64,000 nucleotides of DNA from Paragordius varius (taxonomy: Eukaryota; Animalia; Nematomorpha), in the NCBI GenBank assembly GCA_964247055.1, contig OZ176057.1, positions 5,890,001 to 5,954,000 of the forward strand. The letters run 5' to 3'. The notes under the pieces were generated by a model. It was given only the letters and a program-made list of their open reading frames with translations. It was not told the origin of the DNA and searched no databases. Position 1 is the first letter of the stretch. Each line of letters begins with the position of its first letter. Shown one piece after another: positions 56,459 to 64,000 of this stretch. The translations under genes and the position numbers were made by a program.

Positions 56459-58236
56459 TCTATATATTTATAAAAATGGAAAATGCTGGCTTTGTGATCT
56501 GGTACAGGAAAACCGGTAGACCCAATCAAATCCAAATATCGAAAAAATATAATCATTAATAAATGTCCCGACAATAGCTTCGCCCTTTTTTTGAAATAGG
56601 CCCCCAGTTCGGGCCTACCCCGTATGAAAAACGGGTTTTTTTGAAAACAGAAGTCCACAAAAATCGTGTTTTTGAGACAATTTTCCGGAGAGCGTGTTGG
56701 ACCATTCAATTTCAAATATGACTTTTGTTTACTTATTTTCGATTGCGCTGAACATAGCCGAGCCACTTTTTTGATTTAGGCCCTCTTTTTACCCGCTCCC
56801 CCCGTAAAATGCCACCTTTTTCAAAAAACAAAGTCCACAAAAATAATTTTTTAAATCGATTTTTCGCCCTAGGTATGAGACCGTAAAAATTCAATAAAGA
56901 TTCCACGTATTCCCTGTTAAAAGGCAAAAATTTTGTCTACCGTTTATTTGATGATAGCTGCTGGGTAAGGAGCTACCCGCTAAAAACTGATTTTTCATAT
57001 AACTTTGTGATCTGTTTCCGGAAAACCGGTGAAGCCATTCAAATCCAAACATCGAAAAAATTTAATCATTAATGAATGCCCCGACAATAGCTTCCCCCTT
57101 TTTTGGAATTAGGTCCCCAGTTTGGGCCCACCCCGTGTGAAAAATGGGTTAAGTCAATTTTTTGGAGAACGTGTTGGACCATTCAATTTCAAATATGATT
57201 TTTGTTTACTTATTTTCGATTGCGCCGAACATAGTCGAGTCACTTTTTTGATTTAGGCCCTCTTTTTACCCGCTCCCCCCCGTAAAATGCCATTTTTTTC
57301 AAAAAAAACAAAGTCCACAAAAATATTTTTTTGATTGTATTTTTTTGCCCACGGTAAGAGACTGTAAAAATTCGAGAAAGATTTTTCGTATTGCCTGTTA
57401 AAAGGCAAAAATTTTAGTCAAGCGTTTCTTTGATGATAGATGCTGAGTAAGGAGTATCTATCATATGTATAGCATGTTAATAGATATATGGATATTAATA
57501 CATTATTTATGGTAATCTATATATTTATAAAAATGGAAAATGCTGGCTTTGTGATCTGGTACAGGAAAACCGGTAGACCCAATCAAATCCAAATATCGAA
57601 AAAATATAATCATTAATAAATGTCCCGACAATAGCTTCGCCCTTTTTTTGAAATAGGCCCCCAGTTCGGGCCTACCCCGTATGAAAAACGGGTTTTTTTG
57701 AAAACAGAAGTCCACAAAAATCGTGTTTTTGAGACAATTTTCCGGAGAGCGTGTTGGACCATTCAATTTCAAATATGACTTTTGTTTACTTATTTTCGAT
57801 TGCGCTGAACATAGCCGAGCCACTTTTTTGATTTAGGCCCTCTTTTTACCCGCTCCCCCCGTAAAATGCCATTTTTTTCAAAAAAAACAAAGTCCAAAAT
57901 ATTTTTTTGATTGTATTTTTTCGCCCAAGGTATGAGACTGTAAAATTTCGAGAAGGATTTTTCGTAATGCTGTTAAAAGGCAAAAATTTTAGTCAGGTGT
58001 TTCTTTGATGATAGCTGCTGAGTAAGGAGTATCTATCATATGTATAGCATGTTAAAAGATATATGGATATTAAAACATTATTTATGGTAATCTATATATT
58101 TATAAAAATAGAAAATGCTGGCTTTGTGATATACAGGAAAAACGGTAGACCCATTCAAATCCAAACTTCGAACCCCCCCCCCCCAGAAGTCCGAAGGACT
58201 TCCTCGGGCTGCGTAGCAGCACGAGATTCACGCTAG
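56459..58236 (+). mobile_element. Non-autonomous Helitron with tandem ~520-575 bp internal repeats
   Basis: 5' A|TCTATATATTTATAAAAATGG at 56459, repeated at 57516 and 58091. 3' ctcgggctgcgtagcagcacgag hairpin, then attcacgCTAG|T ending at 58236. Confidence 0.8.
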
Positions 58237-59620
58237 TAATATCTAAAAATAATAAATAGATATTTTTCAGATTTATGTAATTGTCCCAATAATTTATGGT
58301 TTTGCGAAATTTTATCTAAAAAAGCTTCAAATTTTCTTCTGTATTTTTGACTATTACAATTGCTTTCAAGGTATCTATTGTGAGTTGTGTTTTTTCCGTA
58401 ATCCATATTTTGTTTGTAAGAAAAGGCACGGAAAAGAATATTAAAATGAAAAAACTAATAAAAAAATTATTATGTGTGTGTGTGTGTGTATGTGTGCCAA
58501 AATTAAAATAGGTCTATGAATAAGTTTATACACAAAAGAATGAAAAGAAAACTGGATGCAAATTAAAGTTTAGGGAAGCAAAAAATTAAGGAACATACCT
58601 CCCACCCAAAACATAAAAAAGTTGTTTTTTCCTAAAAAAGGGTTATATCATATCGGAACCAAATATAATGAATTTAAATAATATGTTGCGGAAATATAAA
58701 AATTTCCGTTTGATAATTATAATTAAAGTAAACTCAAACAAAATTTTATTTAGCTAAAACCTATATGAAACAAAAATAAATTTTCAAAAAATCAAATTAT
58801 TAAAATATTAATTTATTTTGTGTTTATTTTTGAGGTCGCTTTTGCGGAAGCCCTGAGTGAAAGGTTGGCCTAAATCTGGAATCTGATATTGATAGTTCTG
58901 CCATTTCGCGAATGGCTGTATTCATAAGCGATTGACCGGTCCAAAACCCAAATCCATGTATAATTACAGCAAAAAATAAAATATTGAAATTTAAGGCCAG
59001 GGTTTTTTAGAGCAAAAAAACCATTTATTTTAACTAAGGGTACTCTACGAATTCTAAAAAACAAAACTTGTATGAATAAATGATAATTAAAACATATTTA
59101 TAAATTATTTTAAAAAGCAGTACAAAAGTCAGTGCAGTACAGGCGCGGTTTTTTTGGAAAACCCAGTACTGTACTGCGAAAAACAGCTTATCTGGTCACT
59201 TTAAAATAGATGTGAAAATATAAAAAAATGTGCCCAAGTTATCCTAACTGTTTTCCCTCAACTTACACGTGTACGGCATATTCAAAAATGAAGTATGTCA
59301 AGAACAGAAATCGCTTATCCAGGATAAATGGACGATCTATTAAGATTGGCCTGTCTTGAGGCGAAACCAAATATGTCAAAAATTATTGGTTAATATCAAA
59401 ATAAATCTTGTTATCAAAATATTTTAATTTTTTAAACTAAATGGTGTAAAACGAGTTTTTAGCTGAATTTACATGCGTTCCTCAAAAAATTCATTGGGAT
59501 GATTTAGAGTATATATGTACATATGTGTCAAACAGCTATGGAATATTCTAATAAGGTTCATGGTCCTTAAAAAAAATATATTTTATTTGGGCTGTTGAAT
59601 TTTTTTGGTGAGTGCCACTG

Positions 59621-60760
59621 TTCTAAATTATCACTTTTAAACTTGAATGGGCTTTCATATGTATAATAAAATTGTTTAAACTTATTTTTTAGCCGGTAGG
59701 ATTGAATTGATGGTTATTTAATAAAAGGTTTTCTCAGTCTCGACGCAATCGGAAACTATGTATATGTAAATCTGAATAAGCCTTCGCGATATCCCGTAAA
59801 TTCCTTTCAAGCCAATTTTACAGAAAAAATTAAAATTATACGGTCAAAATGTAATATAAAGACTTTTTTCAAAATTTAACCATACTTTTTTAAACCTTAA
59901 TTTATCCTATTAAAATCATTTAATTACAATCGTAAAATATGTAATTGATTGTTTTACTGATATACATCGCTATTTTATAATTTGGAATTTAAGAAAATGA
60001 ATTCTATTTTTAAAAAAAACAAAATTTAAAAGTATCGCTGTGTTTTAGATAAAAAATATTAGTCTTTATATATTTACGTTTTATCCGTATAATTCAATTG
60101 TTCAAAAACTTCATTTTTTAAAATTGGGGTGAGTGAATTTAAAATGGCTCTTGGCAAATTTATAAAAATAATTGGATTTTTATGATGCTATATACCTTTG
60201 AGAAAATTGTTTTAAATTTTATATTTGTTCAACCCTAGTTTTCAGGGGGTAGGAAGATCACTACAGTAGTTAAAAACTTAAAAAAGAACCCCCAAAATGT
60301 CGAAAAACAAGTTTTCAGAAAATTTGTAATTCAAATGTATCATTTTTTGTCTTTTTAGGAACTTACTAATTATAGTCGGCTAAGTTAGCAAAATATTTTT
60401 TGCAAAAAACTTGGTTCATAAAAAGTAATTGTTCAACTTTTTCGCCATAATTATGAGAGTATAATCAATGAGTGGTGATTTTAAATATTACCAGAATAAA
60501 AACAAAATAGCGCTATTTTATATTAGCTGGGCAGGGCTCACTCTATAAAATGGGCCATCATATAAAAATGAAGTGACTTTCAAGTAATTACCGACTCATA
60601 AAACCATATGGATTCAATATGGATTTAGCTATTGCTAATACGAAAGCAAAAAATTTAATAAGTGATTGTTATAATAAATAAGCCGCTGGGATGGCTTCAC
60701 TCTTTGTAAAAAAAAGTCTTAATGCAAAGATAACATTGCAATGAAGCAAATTTCGCCACT
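59621..60760 (-). repeat. Inverted homologue of 5690-6840
   Basis: See the 5690-6840 entry. Homology begins at the hAT right target site. Confidence 0.75.
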
Positions 60761-61479
60761 GTTTTGAAAAAAACTACAGTAAAAATTGGAATTAAACGGA
60801 CAAAACGTTAATATTTTCTAGAAGACAACCAAGTGTTCATTCAAGGGTGAATTTGTATTGTTCCCGGATGAATTTGAAGTGTTTTAGGGTGAATTTTAAC
60901 TGTAAATGGTTATACGCTTTTTATTGATAATCTTTGGCTAATTAACCCATTTAAATTAGGTGAATACAAATGAATATGAAATTTTCGGAAAAATTATGTT
61001 AAATATATATTTAAGAACAAGAATGCATCGAAAAGTATATTATTTTTATTGATTCCGAAAACCCTTAAAAAACATTCCCAAAAATCACAGATTTTTTTGA
61101 ATGTATTTTTGATAATACCGAAAAAAAGTAAACTTTTTTGGTAAAAATATAATTTAAATGTATATCATTCACGAATCAATTAAGTGATCGCGATACGTTA
61201 GATGAAATGCTATAAAGGTATATCTTAAATTTATTATTTCTTCCTCAATTGATTATCGCTTATAATACATATAATGTGAATATTTTAAGGTTATTCAAGA
61301 TTTATTTCCATCTAATTAAAATTCTTGTTTGAAAATTTCAAACCGTCCTCGTAGATGAATTCATAAAAGCTAAAGTTTAATCAATATATTAATAAAATTA
61401 AGAGGAATGAAGAGCAAGGTTAGGGAAAGCGGATAAGCTCATTCCGATTCTAAATTAAAAATATTTAATAATTTATAAA

Positions 61480-62350
61480 AAGGGTTACAGTGACTAAATT
61501 TTTTTTAAATTAGGTCCTGATTTTGCCCCACCCCGTATAAAAATCGAATTTTCTTAAAAATAGAAAAGTCTATAAATTTATAATTTTGAACGACGTTTCC
61601 AGAAAACGGGTGTGCCCGATCAGTTTCAAAAGTATACTTTTTATCATGTTTTACGAATGCGCTGATGGTCACTAAGCCCTTTTTAAATTAGCCCTTCAAT
61701 TTTGTCCCACACTTATATAAAAAATGAGGTTTGGTTTGTTTGGCAAAGGATACCAAAAAATATGTGGGTACAGTCAGTTTCAATAGTGCACTTTTTACAA
61801 TGTATTACGAATGTGGGTGACAAAGCCCTAGGCCCTGAGTTTTCAGCCACCCCGTGTAAAAATGGGGCGCTTTTTAAATAAAAAAAGTCTATAAAATTAT
61901 AAGTTTCAAACAACGTTTCCAAAAAAGGTTTGGGCTCATTTAGTTTAATAATGTACTTTTTATATGTTTCACAAAAGCGCTGAGGGTGACTAAGTCTATT
62001 TTTAAAATTAGCCACTCAATTTGGCCCGACAGAGTGTGAAAATCGGATTCTAAAGATAAAAATGACTTTAAGCATTTTTGTGTGGCGTGTAGGCCCATCA
62101 AAATTCAATAGTGTACTTTCATTATTTTTCTATAGCGCCGACAGTGACCATGCCATCTTTTTGAATTTGCCCAGTCCAGCCCCATCCGTGCAAAAATGTT
62201 TTTTAAACTAAAGTTCGTTTAGAAGCAGTTTCCATAAAAACGGCGCAGTCAACTTCATTAGTAATTTCATATATTGTTTTACAATAGCGCCGAGGGTGAC
62301 GACTTAGCCCTTTTTGAATAATAAGCTTCTCAGTTTTGCCTTGCCCATTT
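61480..62350 (+). repeat. Degenerate tandem repeats resembling the Helitron internal unit
   Basis: Recurring ccaccccgt(a/g)taaaaat, aaaagtctataaa, acgtttcca and gcgc(t/c)ga(t/g)gg(g)t(c/g)act blocks near 61530, 61850 and 62140-62300. Confidence 0.5.
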
Positions 62351-63038
62351 AAAAATGGTTTATTTGAATAATTTATGGCTTAAATTTTGAAAAACGTATG
62401 GGAGCTCTCAGTTCAATCTTAATTCTTAGGCCAGCCAATACAATTTATTTTAACAAAAATATTAATTTTAAAGAAATATTCCCGTAAAAGTGCCCGTCCA
62501 TATTTTAAAATTGGAAATATATTATTTATGAATGCGCCATAGCTGACTGAACCACATCCTTTCCTATATTCATTATTTGATGCACAGTAGATGTATAAGG
62601 TTAAAAATGCAAATAAATAAATCTAGAAAGCCTCCAGAAACATTTTAGAGGCGGATATTTGATATTGATTATATAAATTAGCCTTTTTTTAATCAAGTTT
62701 CGGAGCGATCCAAATTTTTTAGTAAAATTCCAAAAAAAATAATCTTTTTAATTTAAACCCAAGACAACCTTTAAAACTTTATTTACAGGTTAAACTCTGA
62801 GGTATAAAACGACCCAAAATTTTAATCGTCTACAAAATGAAGAGGTGATGTGTTAATATGAAATCGCTTTGGAAATATTTTAAAATCGTAATTTTGCCCC
62901 CAACATACATATTTTAGGATAATCGAACACCCCACAAATTAACTAAATTGAAATAAGAATATGAATTTATTTGCAGTGGTTACCATATTACCTATGGTTA
63001 TAGCCTACAATAATGATATATATATATATATATATAAG

Positions 63039-63429
63039 AAGGATTATATAGTTAAGCTATTTTATGATTGATTTTGGCCTTTCTGTCCTTCGTTCAACCA
63101 ATTTTACTCCAGACATCGTCGGAACGCCATTTTACATGTCCTACGACATGCTCTGTCGAGCTTCCTATGATTACAAAGTGGACATTTGGTCCTTTGGAAT
63201 AATAATAATCAAATTAGTTGAAGGAAACCCTCCATACGCTGGCATGGAGTGGAGTCCAGTAATTATATTTTAAAGTGAAATTATTCTACCTTCATTTTGT
63301 TAGATCCTACAGAAAATCATTAAAACAGGGACCCCATCCTGCCCAAATCCCATAGTTTTCAGTGATTTTCTACAAAACTCTTTGCACAAAGAGGTCACCG
63401 ATCGATGGTCGGCCAATGACTTGCTGCAG
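63039..63429 (+). pseudogene. STE20/PAK-like kinase C-lobe exons (63039-63258, 63304-63429), probably disrupted
   Basis: KDYIVKL[+7 nt]IDFGLS...IVGTPFYMSYDML...YDYKVDIWSFGIIIIKLVEGNPPY and ILQKIIKTGTP...FSDFLQNSL...DRWSANDLLQ|gt. APE is replaced by SYD. N-lobe and HRD exons were not found. Confidence 0.75.
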
Positions 63430-63811
63430 GTATGCATATTAATATATTCAACGAATTACCCATAACTTTTACGGTAAACTATATAAACAAATAATGTTTT
63501 CGGTAGCCTTTTTTAAAAGACATTTAATAGATCTAAGTGTTGCTGTTTTTTGGAATGATTTCCCGCTAATACTTGAAAAAAACAAATGTTGTAACATAAA
63601 CTATACACTTGCGTTGGTAGAGCAATTTAAAACCTATGTGCATTGAATTTTTTGACCTGAAATCGATTTGATCCGTGATGGAATTCACTATACGGTCTCA
63701 GTTCGGTGAGATTGATTGTTCTAAAAAGGATGCGACCGAAAATATTATTTCTTTATATAGTTTACCGTAATCATATAATAGGTAACCCAACCCAATGAAA
63801 AAATCAATTAG

Positions 63812-63955
63812 ATATGCATATTTGTGTGGAAATTCATAGGCCGACCATCGATCGGTGGCCTCTTTGTGCAAAGAGTTTTGTAGAAAATCACGGAAAGCTG
63901 TGGAAATTGATTCCGGCAGGGTGGGTGTCCCTGTTTCGATGATTTTATGTAGGAT
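63812..63955 (-). pseudogene. Inverted paralogous kinase exon (tail-to-tail duplicate)
   Basis: ttgttag acceptor, ILHKIIETGTPTLPESISTAFRDFLQNSLHKEATDRWSAYE; the cag|gt donor is lost. The rest of the gene lies beyond the window. Confidence 0.7.
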
Positions 63956-64000
63956 CTAACAAAATATAAAGGTCGAATATTAAATGATAAATAGTATAAT

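Larger units (their letters stand above)
55325..59201. mobile_element. Family 4 TIR element nested in the hAT transposase
   Basis: TA|ATGTGACCAGATA at 55325 and TATCTGGTCACTT|TA ending at 59201. Terminal parts align with 34271-35024, and the transposase resumes immediately after. Confidence 0.8.
53704..59620 (+). mobile_element. Degenerate, internally deleted hAT transposon (Buster/Charlie/SPIN group), interrupted by nested insertions
   Basis: Left TIR CAGTGATACTCA followed by GCGGCTCGCGGGCCGCATGCGGCCC; right TIR TGAGTGCCACTG; near-TSD atctaaaa/ttctaaat. Transposase relics: KKRKLFDENRS..KWEE...CLIC (~54161), SICTDGCPSMIG and HC..HQQNL (~54470-54590), ENPW...FWQEVP (~55140-55315). After the insertion: STYTC..AYSKMKYVKNRNRL and DDLLRLAC...PNMSKII (~59255-59390). 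Confidence 0.85.
100..60830. mobile_element. MITE family 1: abundant ~260-320 bp Tc1/mariner-type MITE (dispersed family; the span is its range, not one element)
   Basis: TA|CAGTAAAAATTGAAATTATACGGACAAAACGTAAAAATATAAAGACAAA...TTTGTCTTTATATTTTTACGTTTTGTCCGTATAATTTCAATTTTTACTG|TA, with ~100-bp TIRs and TA flanks. More than 30 full or partial copies by eye. Complete examples: 7908-8181, 10993-11253, 18950-19245, 23423-23702, 26946-27234, 27594-27858, 29961-30259. Confidence 0.9.

Noticed and set aside
55809-57823. Repeated ORFs (55809-56090, 56353-56766, 56733-56927, 57503-57823) as a gene family
   Set aside because: They are chance frames in the Helitron tandem unit, vary in start and end, and have no Rep/helicase motifs.

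Overview
Very AT-rich, intron-containing animal genomic DNA. The species cannot be determined from sequence alone. Genes reconstructed by hand from splice sites and exon phases: (1) the last exon of an ERp29-like ER protein ending in RDEL (2349-2551); (2) a 9-exon secreted fibrinogen-related (FReP/angiopoietin-like) gene, copy A (9917-23344, +), with intact splice sites but several in-frame stops; (3) an intact 9-exon, ~1197-aa gene with one STAP-like SH2 domain (26159-33928, +); (4) an inverted, degenerate second FReP copy B (37988-45185, -), so A and B flank the SH2 gene as an inverted duplication; (5) STE20/PAK-like kinase C-lobe exons with a tail-to-tail inverted duplicate at the right edge. 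Most non-coding sequence is transposon-derived. It includes dozens of Tc1/mariner-type MITEs, other MITE families, a Penelope-like GIY-YIG fragment between inverted repeats carrying a candidate minimal hammerhead ribozyme, a 3.8-kb foldback palindrome with internal ~117-bp tandem repeats, and a three-level nest (Buster-type hAT > TA-TSD TIR element > two head-to-head Helitrons). No rRNA, tRNA or CRISPR array was seen. All coordinates and alignments were made by eye, and no database searches were run.
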